The notes under the pieces: model-generated
Seen by the model: only the letters and a program-made list of their open reading frames with translations
What the model was told of the DNA's origin: nothing
The model's database searches: none
Shown: piece by piece, positions 1 through 9,970 of the stretch
How positions within the stretch are numbered: position 1 is the stretch's first letter
Layout: each line of letters begins with the position of its first letter
Source of the DNA: a virus
Direction: 5' to 3' (one strand)
Length of the DNA: 64,000 nt
IMG/VR virus record: IMGVR_UViG_3300033802_000475
Made by a program: the position numbers and the translations under genes

Positions 1-779
1 TGGTGCAGCTCCGGATCGAACAGGGGATCCTCCCGATCGATCCCGTAGACCACCTCCGTGGCGTACACGGGGTGGCTCAGCTTCACGGCCTCCTTGGCCA
101 CGGCGTCGCGGATCTGAGTGGTCCGGACCTCGTCGCCCCACCGCTCGCGGAGATCGCGAATCCGCTTCGCGACCGCGCGGAACAGCTTCTTCCGCTTCTC
201 CTCCGGGATCTGCGCGAAGGGCACCAGGTAGTCTCGCGCCGCCGACGGATCGAGGAGGCCTTCCTCGATCAGCTCGAGCGCGACGTCCGGGAGCCGGAGC
301 AGGCGGAGCCGGTTGGAGACGTAGGCCTGCGATCGATTGACCTCCGCGGCGACCGCCTCCTGCGTCACTCCCGGATTCAGCTCGAGCCACCGCTGGAAGC
401 CGCGCGCCTCCTCGATCGGCGAGAGTGCGTTGCGATGCAGGTTCTCCAGGAGGGCGATCTTGAGCGCCTCGCCCTCGGTGAACACCCGGACCACCGCGGG
501 GATCTGGTCCAGGCTCGCCGCCGTCGCCGCGCGCCAGCGCGTCTCGCCGGCGACGATCCAGTACCGATGGCCGACGAGCGCCGGCCCGCCGGCGTGCTCG
601 CCTTCCGGATTCCGATCGTGAACGACGATCGGCTGGAGGACGCCGTGCTGACGCACCGACTCGGTGAGCTCGGTCAGCTTCTCCTCGTCGAACCGCCGGC
701 GGGGGTTGAGCTCCGGCCACGGCTCCATCTCTGCCGGGCTCAGGTAGAGAACCTGGGGGGCGTCCGGGGCCGTCTTCAC
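1..779 (-). CDS. ParB/Spo0J family protein (3' end runs off window)
   Basis: Manual minus-strand translation from GTG at 779: VKTAPDAPQVLYLSPAEMEPWPELNPRRRFDEEKLTELTESVRQHGVLQPIVV...YWIVAGETRWRAA...ALLENLHRNALSPIEEA...SQAYVSNRLRLL; classic ParB N-domain plus HTH. Not in the ORF track because it is open-ended. Confidence 0.9.
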   Translation of the reverse strand, partial: MKTAPDAPQVLYLSPAEMEPWPELNPRRRFDEEKLTELTESVRQHGVLQPIVVHDRNPEGEHAGGPALVGHRYWIVAGETRWRAATAASLDQIPAVVRVFTEGEALKIALLENLHRNALSPIEEARGFQRWLELNPGVTQEAVAAEVNRSQAYVSNRLRLLRLPDVALELIEEGLLDPSAARDYLVPFAQIPEEKRKKLFRAVAKRIRDLRERWGDEVRTTQIRDAVAKEAVKLSHPVYATEVVYGIDREDPLFDPELH

Positions 780-1570
780 GCGGCTTCCTCCTCCGCCATC
801 GCGGCGGCGAATGCCGCGGCCGCACGGAACGCCCGCGCCGCGGGGAGCCGGAACTCGATGTGCACGACGCAGGTGCCGTCCTCCTGGGCCACGACGTGAA
901 ACCCGGGCGGCAATACGGGCGCGGGAGTGGGGAGGACCGGCGCCGGGGCGACCGGCGAGGCCGGCGTAGGCGCCGACGTCTTGGCGGACTGCTTGCGCGG
1001 CTGTGGCCCCGCGGCCGGCTTCGCAGCGCGCGCCTTCGGCTCGGGCCGCTTCGTCGGCCCCTCGATCCCGAGCTCCCGACGAGCCGGCTTGAGGTAGCCT
1101 TCGATGAGGTTGTTCCGTGTCGTCTCGATCCCCTCGGCGGCGAGCTGCGCGAGGATCCCCCCGACGTCCGGATCGGGATTCGTGGCGAGCGCCTCGCGCA
1201 CGACCTGCCGCACGCGCTCGCGATGCTCGGGGCTCAGCTTCTTGGCCATCGCAGCTTCCTTTCGTGGTTCGCTCCGCAGTGGGGAGACCGTGACCGTCGC
1301 CGGGTCCAGGTGCCGCTCCTCGCTCGGCGGCGGCGCCGCCTGGAGTTCGAGCGCGAGCTCGACGAGCGCGGCGCGCTTGCCCGGCACCATCTTCGAGAAC
1401 CGCCGCTCCGCGGCCGCCTCGATCGCCTCGCGGCCGGCACCTTCGCCGGCGAGCTCGAGGAGCTGCATCGCCCAGCGGCGACCGAGGCGGCTCTCGTCGG
1501 TGCGGGGATCCCGCATCCTCCGGAGCATCGCGCCCAGGCGTTCGGCCTCGAGGTCGGTCAGGGTCTCCAT
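776..1570 (-). CDS. Hypothetical phage protein
   Basis: ORF 776..1726 with likely ATG at 1570 (METLTDLEAERL); GTGA overlap with the ParB start. Confidence 0.65.
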   Translation of the reverse strand: METLTDLEAERLGAMLRRMRDPRTDESRLGRRWAMQLLELAGEGAGREAIEAAAERRFSKMVPGKRAALVELALELQAAPPPSEERHLDPATVTVSPLRSEPRKEAAMAKKLSPEHRERVRQVVREALATNPDPDVGGILAQLAAEGIETTRNNLIEGYLKPARRELGIEGPTKRPEPKARAAKPAAGPQPRKQSAKTSAPTPASPVAPAPVLPTPAPVLPPGFHVVAQEDGTCVVHIEFRLPAARAFRAAAAFAAAMAEEEAA

Positions 1571-1589
1571 TCCGCGCGGAATGTTGGGG

Positions 1590-2450
1590 TTAGCGGCCCG
1601 CGGCGATCGCCGACGGCGGAGCCTTGGGCCGCACGTCCTGCCGGCCGAAGAGGTCACCCTCCGCCGCCCGGGCCCGCTCCTGGCAGTCGAGGCAGCGCTC
1701 GCCGAGCGCCGCGATCGCCACCGCATCGATCACGCGGCCGCAGTCCTTGCACTTCGGCCCCGCACCCGGCCAGGTCACCACCGGGATGCCCTCCGCCTCG
1801 AGGTACTTCGCAGTCTCCGGTAGCATCCCGGCCAGCACGACCCGCCACCCCGGGCCGTCGACGACGACGCAGGGGACGCCACCCTTCCGCCATGCCTCGT
1901 GGTCGACGAAGGCCGCGAGGCGCACGGTCGGCGCGTCCAGGTGCTCGAGCGCGATCGCGAGGAGATTGCGATTGAAGAGCAGCTCGCCGATCCACGCCGG
2001 CCGCGGGTCGGGGACGAACTCGACGTAGCCGCCCTCGCACTCGTGGCACCCCGGCACCTCGCCGGCAGCGATGCCGGTGTAGGTCTCCGCTTCCGCCCGA
2101 CAGCCGGGGCAGTCGTGCGTGGCGAACCGATCCGGACCTCCGCAGTGCGTGCAGGCCTCCAGGCGCTCACGCTCGGCGGGCCCGAGCCAGGCCTTGAGCG
2201 CGGCGAGCGACACCTCCTCGCCTGCGGTCCGCCAGGTCAGCATTCGCCGGATCCCCGCCTCGGCCGCTTCGTGGGTGAGGGCCGGAAACGCGTCCTCGGG
2301 CGCGTGCACCGCGATCAGGACGTGCCCGTCGGTCGCGACCGCGAGCGTCGTCCCGCGGACGGTCATCGTACGGGGGCCGTGGACCGGGTGGGACTCGGGC
2401 AGCAACGGGTCCGGCTTCCGGATCTCTTTCATCCAGCTCAGGTCGTGCAT
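1590..2450 (-). CDS. Hypothetical protein with several CxxC motifs and a beta-clamp-like 'AVATDGH' motif
   Basis: MHDLSW start; CTHCGG, CPGC, CHECEGG, CKDCG..CLDC; TLAVATDGHVLIAV. Confidence 0.6.
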   Translation of the reverse strand: MHDLSWMKEIRKPDPLLPESHPVHGPRTMTVRGTTLAVATDGHVLIAVHAPEDAFPALTHEAAEAGIRRMLTWRTAGEEVSLAALKAWLGPAERERLEACTHCGGPDRFATHDCPGCRAEAETYTGIAAGEVPGCHECEGGYVEFVPDPRPAWIGELLFNRNLLAIALEHLDAPTVRLAAFVDHEAWRKGGVPCVVVDGPGWRVVLAGMLPETAKYLEAEGIPVVTWPGAGPKCKDCGRVIDAVAIAALGERCLDCQERARAAEGDLFGRQDVRPKAPPSAIAAGR

Positions 2451-2644
2451 GTCTGCCTCCGCTGGTAGTCGAGCCAGCGCTCGGCCGCGCCGCGGCTCTC
2501 GAACCCCTCGGCGAGGACCGGATGGCGGCCGCGCGCAGCCGCGTAGTAGACGGCGCACTTCGACGGGTCGCTCGGATCCTTCGCGATGTACGCGTTGGCG
2601 AGCATCTGCGGCGTGACCTCCGCCGCGGCCATGGCGGTCGTCAT
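2438..2644 (-). CDS. Small hypothetical protein
   Basis: 68-aa ORF tightly packed between neighbours. Confidence 0.6.
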   Translation of the reverse strand: MTTAMAAAEVTPQMLANAYIAKDPSDPSKCAVYYAAARGRHPVLAEGFESRGAAERWLDYQRRQTCTT

Positions 2645-2646
2645 GG

Positions 2647-5082
2647 TCAGGCCGCCTCCGCCGCGACCACCGGCGCGGCCGCCTCCGCCGGCTGGCGGAT
2701 CCGGCTCCGGCCCGCGGCTTCGTCGTACTCGACCTCGATCACCGCGTCGACGGCGTCTCGCGTCTCCGCGACGTGCGAGATCACGAGGACCTGCTCGAAG
2801 ACCCCGCCGAGCCGCCGGATCAGGGAGAGGACGTTGCCGCGGCGGACCTCGTCGAGGCTGCCGAAGGGCTCGTCGAGGACGAGCAGGGAGAGCGGGTGGC
2901 CTGCGCGCTCGGCGATCATCTGGCTGACGGCCAGACGCATCGCGATCGCCGCCACGTCCTCGGTCCCCCCGGAGACGACCTCCACCTCGAGGCCGCCCTC
3001 CTGGAGGATCACGTCGAAGTTCTCGGTGACGGTCACGGCCTCGTGGCGCCCGTCGGTTAGGATCTGGAGGAAGCCGCTCATGAGCTCCTCCAGCTCCGGC
3101 CGGATCCCGGCCGCGATGGCGGTGCGGAAGTCGGCGAGCCGATCCGCCGCTGCCTCGTGCGTCCGGAGCTCGCGCGCGAGATCCTCGAGCCGGGCGGCCC
3201 GGGAGTCGTAGACCGCGAGCGCCCTCTCGGCTCGCTCGAGCCGCGCGCGGGCGGCCCGGAGCCCCTCCTGGGCCCGGGCGTACGCACCGACCGCCCGCTC
3301 GTGATTGGCACGCTGCCGCTCGAGCCGGGCGCCCAGCTCGGCGTGCGTCTCGCGATCGAAGGCGAGCTCGGCGAGCCGCGCCGCCGCCTGGTCCCGGGCG
3401 GCCGCGGCCTCGTCACGCCGACGGATCCAGCGGTCGAGATACTCCCGGATCTCGGGCGCCCGGTCGGCGAGCGCCTGCGCGCGCTCCGCCTCGCGCGACA
3501 AGGCTTCAAGGCGCATGATCTCCGCTTCGACCGCGGCGAGCCGCCCAGCGTCGAACGTGTCCTCGCCGAGTTGCTCGAGGTTCGTCCGGAACGCGGCGAG
3601 GCGCGCCGCCGCGTCGGCGAGGCTCGCGCGGGTCTGCTCGAGCTCCTCGGCCGCCCGCTCGGCCGCGACGACCCGGTCGCGGAGCTGCTCGCCCCGGGTG
3701 AGCAGATGTTCGCGCTCGATGTCGGCCGCGAGCTCGTCGTCGGACCGCTCGCCGAGCGTGGAGAGCTTCCGGGAGAGCTCCTCGCGCCGCGCCTCGATCT
3801 CGGCCAGCTCGCCGCGGAGCGCATCGAGGACGGCGTGGAACTGCTCGCCGAGCGGACGGGCACAGGTGGGGCAGGCGCCCGCGGCCCCGGCCTGTTCGAT
3901 CGCGGCGATGCGCCGGCGGACCCGCTCCGCCTCCTTCCCCGCTTGCTCGATCGCCGCTCGGGTCGCCTGCTGTTCGCCGATCCGCCCGGACCGGAGCCGT
4001 TGGAGTCGGTCCTCCACCTCGCGGAACGCAGCCCGCGTCGCCTCGAGCGCCTCGCGATCGCCCGCAGCGACGACCGCCTCGAGCGCGCGGATCCGCCCCC
4101 GCAACCGCTCGATCTCGCGCTCGGTGCCCGCCGCCATCTCCCGGAGGCTCGCCGCACGCTCGGCGTTCACCCGTGCGAGGCGGAGGTTCGCCAACTCGGC
4201 GGAGAGGACCGGAAGGGGCGCGCTCTCCTCCCGCGCTTTCGCGGCCGTCTCGGCCGCCGCTTCGGCGGCGCGGAGCTCCTCGGCGAGGCGGTCCACCTCC
4301 TTCGCCGCGCTCTCGGCGAGCAGCCCGGCCTTGTCGTGTTCGAGCACCAGGCGGTCGTGCTCCCGGCGCCGGGCGTCCGACTCGGCGAGCGCGGCCGCCG
4401 TCGCGGCCTCGGCCGTCCGGGCCTCCTCGAGGGCGGCGGCGGCCGTCTCGACCTCCGTCTCCCAGCGGGAAACCTCGACGAGCGCGCCGTCCCGTTCGGC
4501 GGCGATCGGCTCGCGATCGCCGAGCCCCTGGCGGAGCCCATCCAGCTCGCGCGCGATCTCGCTCTTCCGCCGCCGGCACTTGGCGAGCGCCTCGTCGACG
4601 CGCTCGACGCCGAGGACCTGGAGGAAGAACTGGCGCCGCTCCGTGCCGCCCATGGCGGCGATCCGCCCGAGGTCCTTCTGCCGGCAGAGGTACGTTGCGG
4701 TGAACTCGTCGAGGGCCATGCCGAGCAGCTCGGGCACCCGCTGGTTGACCGCATCGATCCCGGCGGCGATCGGCACCGGCTGCCCCTCGCGGAAGAGGGC
4801 GGCGTTGTTCTCCGTCCGCTCGATGCGGTAGATCTGCCCGCCGACCTCGAAGCGGAGGTGCGCTTCGGCGACGTGCCGGGCGGGCGCCCGGTTCCAACGG
4901 ATCCCCCGGGCGGTGCCGCGCGTTGCCCGCGAGCCGTAGAGCGCCCACGCCACGGCCTCGAGGATCGTCGACTTGCCGCCCTCGTTGCTGCCGACGATCC
5001 CGATCACGCCCCGCTCCGGGAAGGTGATCTCGCTGTCGGCGTGCTGGCGGAAGTTCCGCAGCTTCAGGTTGAGCAGTTTCAT
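2647..5082 (-). CDS. sbcC: SbcC/Rad50-like SMC ATPase
   Basis: Walker A GSNEGGKST, long coiled coil with CPTC zinc hook, signature VSGGTE, Walker B LLVLDEPFGSLD, ISH. Confidence 0.93.
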   Translation of the reverse strand: MKLLNLKLRNFRQHADSEITFPERGVIGIVGSNEGGKSTILEAVAWALYGSRATRGTARGIRWNRAPARHVAEAHLRFEVGGQIYRIERTENNAALFREGQPVPIAAGIDAVNQRVPELLGMALDEFTATYLCRQKDLGRIAAMGGTERRQFFLQVLGVERVDEALAKCRRRKSEIARELDGLRQGLGDREPIAAERDGALVEVSRWETEVETAAAALEEARTAEAATAAALAESDARRREHDRLVLEHDKAGLLAESAAKEVDRLAEELRAAEAAAETAAKAREESAPLPVLSAELANLRLARVNAERAASLREMAAGTEREIERLRGRIRALEAVVAAGDREALEATRAAFREVEDRLQRLRSGRIGEQQATRAAIEQAGKEAERVRRRIAAIEQAGAAGACPTCARPLGEQFHAVLDALRGELAEIEARREELSRKLSTLGERSDDELAADIEREHLLTRGEQLRDRVVAAERAAEELEQTRASLADAAARLAAFRTNLEQLGEDTFDAGRLAAVEAEIMRLEALSREAERAQALADRAPEIREYLDRWIRRRDEAAAARDQAAARLAELAFDRETHAELGARLERQRANHERAVGAYARAQEGLRAARARLERAERALAVYDSRAARLEDLARELRTHEAAADRLADFRTAIAAGIRPELEELMSGFLQILTDGRHEAVTVTENFDVILQEGGLEVEVVSGGTEDVAAIAMRLAVSQMIAERAGHPLSLLVLDEPFGSLDEVRRGNVLSLIRRLGGVFEQVLVISHVAETRDAVDAVIEVEYDEAAGRSRIRQPAEAAAPVVAAEAA

Positions 5083-6221
5083 ACGTCCTCTGCCGTTCGG
5101 AGGTACGCGAGAGCACAGTCCCGCACGTCCGCCGGATCGTCGGCGAAGAAGGCGGCCGCCTCATCGGCGAGGGAGCGCCCCACCCGCTCGCGGCGGTCCC
5201 CGAGCTCGATCGACGTCCGCTGGGCCCACCGGAGCTCGAGCTGGAAATGGAGGCAGGTCTGCTTCAGCTGACGGACCCGCGCCCAGTCGATTTGGTCGCG
5301 CTCCTCCCGGGGGAAGTCCGGTACGAGAAGGCGGACGATCGCGCCCTCGATCGACGGGCTCGACTCGGCGAGGTTGAGGAGGGCGGCGTTGACCCGGTCG
5401 GCGGACGCCTCGTGCCCCCCGAGGATGTCGTCGAGGTCGTAGTCGTATACCGGCCGCGTCGGGATCTCGACGAGATCCAGCGCGCCCTCCCGGGTGTCGT
5501 AGACGACGACGCCCTTCGGGGCCGTCTCCGGCCAGATGTTGCTCGAGGTCCGCTCGATCGATCCCGAGTAGAACGCGATCGCGGTCGGGTGGAGGCGCGT
5601 GAACTCGTGGTAGTCGCCGACGGCGATCACGTCCCAGCGCCCAGCCTCGCGGCCAACGTCCAGCGCGCCCTCGCCGCCGTAGAACGTCGGGAGCCGGTCC
5701 GCCCCCTCCGCCGAGGTCCGCACGGCAGCGTGCAGGAGCAGCACGTTGACGTCGGCCTCGGGGTCCGGGTCGAGGCGGTAGGGCACCGCCTCGCCCAGCG
5801 CGACGAAGGGGAAGCAGGCGACCGAGACGATCTCGCGCGTCCGGGGCAGTTCGAGGCGGATCCGTTTCGGCGTGGTCGCCACGTGGACCCGCTCGTAGTC
5901 GTCGGGGACGACGATGGGAGAGAGGACCTCCGCGGTCCGGCCCGCGTCGTGGTTGCCCTGGACGACGACGACGAACGCGTCGGACTCCCGCACGATCCGC
6001 CGGATGCCGTCGCGCCACGCCTTGACCGCGTGGATCCCCACCCGCGGGTGGTGGAAGACGTCGCCGGCAACGGTGACCAGGTCGGGCTGCGCGGCGACGA
6101 TCCGATCGACGGCCGCTTCCCACGCGCGTTCGACGTCCACCTCCCGGGCGTTCCGGCCGCCGACCGTAGCGGCGAACGCCCGGAAGCCGAGGTGGAGGTC
6201 CGAGGTCGCAGCGCCCCTCAC
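5079..6221 (-). CDS. sbcD: SbcD/Mre11-like metallophosphoesterase nuclease
   Basis: SDLHLG, AGDVFH, GNHD, GDYH, YSGS motifs; 4-nt overlap with sbcC. Confidence 0.93.
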   Translation of the reverse strand: MRGAATSDLHLGFRAFAATVGGRNAREVDVERAWEAAVDRIVAAQPDLVTVAGDVFHHPRVGIHAVKAWRDGIRRIVRESDAFVVVVQGNHDAGRTAEVLSPIVVPDDYERVHVATTPKRIRLELPRTREIVSVACFPFVALGEAVPYRLDPDPEADVNVLLLHAAVRTSAEGADRLPTFYGGEGALDVGREAGRWDVIAVGDYHEFTRLHPTAIAFYSGSIERTSSNIWPETAPKGVVVYDTREGALDLVEIPTRPVYDYDLDDILGGHEASADRVNAALLNLAESSPSIEGAIVRLLVPDFPREERDQIDWARVRQLKQTCLHFQLELRWAQRTSIELGDRRERVGRSLADEAAAFFADDPADVRDCALAYLRTAEDV

Positions 6222-7573
6222 AGCGCGAGCTCCGGCTCGGCGGCGTCGAGCCGCGCGTTCACCGCATCGACCAGCCGCTCGAAGTCACCGAGGGTGACGG
6301 CCGGGCGGCCGAGGACCTCGCGGGCGATGGCGTCCGGATCGGCGCCGAGCACGCCGCAGCCCCGCATGAACTTCTCGCGGACGGGGCCGACCAGGATCTC
6401 GATGGCGCGCTCGAAGTCGCCCTCGGTCCAATACCGGGTCGATTCCGGAAACCCGTGCGTGCGCGCCCACGCCTTCCGGTCCGGATCGCCCTCGATGCCG
6501 GCTTCGCGGAACGTCGCGAAGAGCCGCTTCCGCGCTGCGTCGCGGTCCCATCCGGACGGCGCCGCCGCGGCGGGTGCCCCCGGGGCCGCGCCCTCGACGG
6601 GGAGCGGCCGGGCGTCGACCGCCGCCGCGGCCTCCGGCTCGCCCGAGCCGGCGCGGATCGCCTGCGGCGCGCCGGCGGAGGGCAGGGAGGCGCGCGCGCT
6701 CGCCTGGTCCGACCGGATGATCTCGAACTCCGCCTCGATCGCCTCCTCGGCCTTCCGGATCTGCTCCTCGTACCGCTGCATCCAGGCGGCGAACGCCTTG
6801 ACCGCGGCACGGCGGAGCGACCGGGTGCGGGCGGTCTTGGCCGGCTCCGCGTTGCCGACCGGGTCCGGATCGTAGCTGTAGGTGGTGCCGTCCCTCCGCT
6901 TGCCCGTCGTAGGCGGCCGTCCGCCCGCCCAGTTGCATTCGGTCACCCGGATCAGGAAGGGCTCCAGGTCGAGGATGCGTCCGGCCTTGATCGCCTCGAG
7001 CGGGGCGCTGTTGATGAAGCGGACGATCGTCGTCTCGACGACGGCCTGCGCCCACGCGGGCGCGCTCCATTGCGCCCGGGCGAGCGCGATGTCGTTGGCC
7101 TCCTCCTCGAGGTCGAGGGCCATCGCGAGCCGCTTCGCCGCCTCGGGCCCCTCGAGCTGCGCCGCGATCTCGCGGTGCTGGCGCGCGCGGTCGCGCAGCG
7201 CCTGCTCGACCGAGGGCGAGAGGTCGCGTTGCTCGAAGTGGTGGAAGTGCGGGTCGGAGTTGATGAGGTCGCTCCAGTAGTTCGCGTTCAGGTACGGACG
7301 CGACCCCATCATGTCCACGTGGTACATGGGGTTCGCCCGCGTGATCCGGCAGAACTCGGCGAACGCGTAGCGCGTGGCCTGCGAGAGGTCCGATCCCTTC
7401 ACAACCGAGCTGCCCGATCCCCACTCGAGCCCCTCGATCGTGCGGTAGAGCTCCCGCACCTCCTTCTTGTAGGCGATCATCGCCTGGCCCGCTTTCCGGA
7501 TCTGCTCGATGTCGGACTCCGTCGGGACCGTCCCGAGTCCTTCGAGCGTCGCGAGGGCCGTCGCTTCAGCCAT
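6218..7573 (-). CDS. Probable single-strand annealing (RecT/Bet-like) recombination protein
   Basis: FAEFCRITRANPMYHVDMMGSRPYLNANYW resembles the Bet/RecT N-terminal motif; KTARTRSLRRAAVKAF resembles the RecT/Bet C-terminal helix; directly upstream of sbcD. Confidence 0.55.
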   Translation of the reverse strand: MAEATALATLEGLGTVPTESDIEQIRKAGQAMIAYKKEVRELYRTIEGLEWGSGSSVVKGSDLSQATRYAFAEFCRITRANPMYHVDMMGSRPYLNANYWSDLINSDPHFHHFEQRDLSPSVEQALRDRARQHREIAAQLEGPEAAKRLAMALDLEEEANDIALARAQWSAPAWAQAVVETTIVRFINSAPLEAIKAGRILDLEPFLIRVTECNWAGGRPPTTGKRRDGTTYSYDPDPVGNAEPAKTARTRSLRRAAVKAFAAWMQRYEEQIRKAEEAIEAEFEIIRSDQASARASLPSAGAPQAIRAGSGEPEAAAAVDARPLPVEGAAPGAPAAAAPSGWDRDAARKRLFATFREAGIEGDPDRKAWARTHGFPESTRYWTEGDFERAIEILVGPVREKFMRGCGVLGADPDAIAREVLGRPAVTLGDFERLVDAVNARLDAAEPELAL

Positions 7574-7624
7574 GCTCTCTCCTGGTACGGTGGAGGCGCT
7601 GCAGGGGCGCCCAGGTGGTCGAGG

Positions 7625-7864
7625 TCAGGCCGCGTGGGCTGCGGCCGGTTCGGGTGCTGCGATCTCCCGGTCGACGCCGGTCCGGATCTCCGCCTGGATC
7701 CGGATCAGCTCCGCCGCCGCAATGCGGTAGTCGGCGTCCTCCGGTCTCACCCGATCGGCGATTCGGTCGAGGTGCTCGGCGACCGAGACCGGGTCGGGCA
7801 CCCGCCGCACGATCTCGACGGCGAGGATCCCGGCCACGTGCTCCCAGTCGATGCGCCGGGCCAT
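7625..7864 (-). CDS. Small hypothetical protein
   Basis: 79-aa ORF in the early operon. Confidence 0.55.
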   Translation of the reverse strand: MARRIDWEHVAGILAVEIVRRVPDPVSVAEHLDRIADRVRPEDADYRIAAAELIRIQAEIRTGVDREIAAPEPAAAHAA

Positions 7865-8169
7865 GCTACGCTGCCCTCCCGCCGCCCGGCGGCGTCGGTA
7901 ACGGCCGGAGAGGGCGCCGGCGCTGCCGGTAGGCGCACAGGCTGGTGACCTTCACCCCCGGCGTCTCCGAATTCCGGCCGAAGAACCGGCCGATCGCGAA
8001 CGTCCAGCGCCGCGGCCGCTTCGGCCGCAGGACCGCGGATGCCCCGTTGACTTCCTTCATGGGCTCCTCCATCGTTGAACTGCCGCCCGGTTTCGTCCGG
8101 GCACCGGCGCCGTCGGCTGCTCTTCCTCCCCAGGACCTCGCAGCCGGCGGCGCTCCTTCCATCGAGCGG

Positions 8170-8316
8170 CTAGAGTCGCCGCCCCTGCGCGCCCACTCTC
8201 CGCCGCACCCGCCCCCACCGGACTTCGTCGCGGATCAGGGGCGGCAGCAGAATCGCCGCGGTGGCGAGCACGGCGAACAGAATCCCGCCGCCGATCAGGT
8301 ATCCGATCATCCGCAT
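8170..8316 (-). CDS. Small membrane protein
   Basis: MRMIGYLIGGGILFAVLATAAILL hydrophobic segment; GAGGAGG RBS upstream. Confidence 0.5.
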   Translation of the reverse strand: MRMIGYLIGGGILFAVLATAAILLPPLIRDEVRWGRVRRRVGAQGRRL

Positions 8317-8558
8317 GCCTCCTCCTCGGTTGCGATTCCGCGCGAGTCCTGCTGCGTCGTCGTGTAGAGATGCACCCATTCCCCACTCGCTCCGAGCATT
8401 GCGACCACCCGCGCTCCCCGGCCTTCCCGCTCCTTGGCCCGCCACGCGGTGCCGCCGTGGAGGCGATCCCCGCTCGACCATATCAGCACCGCCTGCCCCC
8501 CGGGCGGGATCATGCGTTCGGCGGCGGCCAGCTGCTTCATCCCCGGGATCACGCCCAT
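8307..8558 (-). CDS. Small hypothetical protein
   Basis: MGVIPGMKQL start; overlaps neighbours in operon style. Confidence 0.45.
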   Translation of the reverse strand: MGVIPGMKQLAAAERMIPPGGQAVLIWSSGDRLHGGTAWRAKEREGRGARVVAMLGASGEWVHLYTTTQQDSRGIATEEEACG

Positions 8559-8908
8559 GGCGACCTCGCCGGGTCGCAGCCGTATCTCTGGATTCCGACC
8601 TCGGTGAGGTGCGCGAGCAGCCGGCTCGCGTGCCGCTCGTCTCTTGCCTGCCAGTCCCGCTCCTGCGTCCAAGCCGCGGCGGCGCCGCACGCGGGGCACT
8701 GGATCCGCCGGGCGGCCCGGTCGATCTCCCAATCGCCGGTGCAATCGTCGGTCACGTGGGCGAGCGGCGCCTCGGGATCCGCCACGGTCAGATAACCGGC
8801 TCGGTGCAGAGCCTCAGAAGCGTCGTCGGCATGGCCCGCGGCGACGAAGACGCCGAAGAGGCCGGCGTAGACCGTGGCGACACCGACGACGACCAGGATC
8901 CATTCCAT
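8549..8908 (-). CDS. Membrane-anchored protein with CxxC
   Basis: MEWILVVVGVATVYAGLFGVFV transmembrane segment; CPAC. Confidence 0.55.
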   Translation of the reverse strand: MEWILVVVGVATVYAGLFGVFVAAGHADDASEALHRAGYLTVADPEAPLAHVTDDCTGDWEIDRAARRIQCPACGAAAAWTQERDWQARDERHASRLLAHLTEVGIQRYGCDPARSPWA

Positions 8909-8910
8909 GG

Positions 8911-9378
8911 CTACGCCGCCCTCCGTGTTGCCGTGCATGCCCGCGCCGCCGCGATGGCCACCCGCGACGCCGCATTCTCCGCGAGTTCCGCCTCCACCCA
9001 CGCCGAAAGGACTGCCGGTTCGTCCATTGCCCGCATCTGGAGCACGTTGGCACGTCCTTCGGCTTCCTGCTCTCGGAGCATCGCGGCCCGGAGGTCGATC
9101 TCCTCCGCCGGCCAGAGCTCTTCGACAATCGCCTCGATGAACGCGAGGAGATTCTCCGCGCGCTCCCGGTCCGCGCCGACTCGCCTGGCCTCGACCAGGT
9201 AGTCGACGAGGCGCTCGACCGGATTCGCGTAGCCGTTCCGCGCCCGGCTGATCGGAGTGCGGAGCCGGTCGCAGACGCCGCGCAACTCCGGAAACATCCG
9301 CTGCACGACTCCTGCGGCAGCGAGGCGCCGGCGCCGGGCATCGTGCAACGCAACGGCCCCAGTGTGATTGGTGGCCAT
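8911..9378 (-). CDS. Hypothetical early phage protein (CII-like position)
   Basis: MATNHTG start; helical protein two genes downstream of the cro-position gene. Confidence 0.55.
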   Translation of the reverse strand: MATNHTGAVALHDARRRRLAAAGVVQRMFPELRGVCDRLRTPISRARNGYANPVERLVDYLVEARRVGADRERAENLLAFIEAIVEELWPAEEIDLRAAMLREQEAEGRANVLQMRAMDEPAVLSAWVEAELAENAASRVAIAAARACTATRRAA

Positions 9379-9480
9379 GGCGCTATCCCTCCATCTTCCA
9401 CGGCATGGACAGGTCGCGATCCCCACCATCGAGCTCGTTGAGCGGCACGTCGGCGCCGCAATCCGTGCACGTGGCGACGA

Positions 9481-9738
9481 TCAGTGTGCCCGGGCCAGCA
9501 GCGGGGTGAGCGGGCCGCGGGTTGATTGGCGATCGCGACGGGTGTGGGCACTCGGTGCCGCCGGGCCGGTCCGCCGAGCAGCCGCCACCCGGCAACGCTC
9601 CATCTCGATCGCATACGCGACCATGCGTTGGGCCGAGATCAGCGAGAGCACCCTGTCCACCACGTCGAGGCCGATCGCCGAGATCTCGGCATCGATCTGC
9701 GCCTCGAGCTCGTGCAGCTCCGCGAGGGAGGTCGCCAT
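9481..9738 (-). CDS. Small hypothetical protein
   Basis: 85-aa ORF, GGAG RBS. Confidence 0.5.
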   Translation of the reverse strand: MATSLAELHELEAQIDAEISAIGLDVVDRVLSLISAQRMVAYAIEMERCRVAAARRTGPAAPSAHTRRDRQSTRGPLTPLLARAH

Positions 9739-9970
9739 GGGAAGCTCCTGGAGTCGTCGTCCGCGACGTACTGCGCCTCGTCACGCCCATCGACACATCA
9801 GGGCGGGGAAGTGGCGCGCGAGTCTGCGCGCCCGTGGAATGCGCCGTCGTCAGCATTGCGGTTGCCCCCTCGGTCAGGCGGTGTTACGTTTGGGGGCGCC
9901 GGGCATTGCCCGGTTGCCCCCAGCCCCGTCGTGCGTGGTCCGGACGCGCGGCGGGGCTTCTTCCGTCCGG

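Noticed and set aside
3-899. Plus-strand 298-aa ORF and other long antisense ORFs (e.g. 3157-5271, 33272-35185, 38322-40463)
   Set aside because: Shadow frames opposite well-supported minus-strand genes, expected in high-GC DNA
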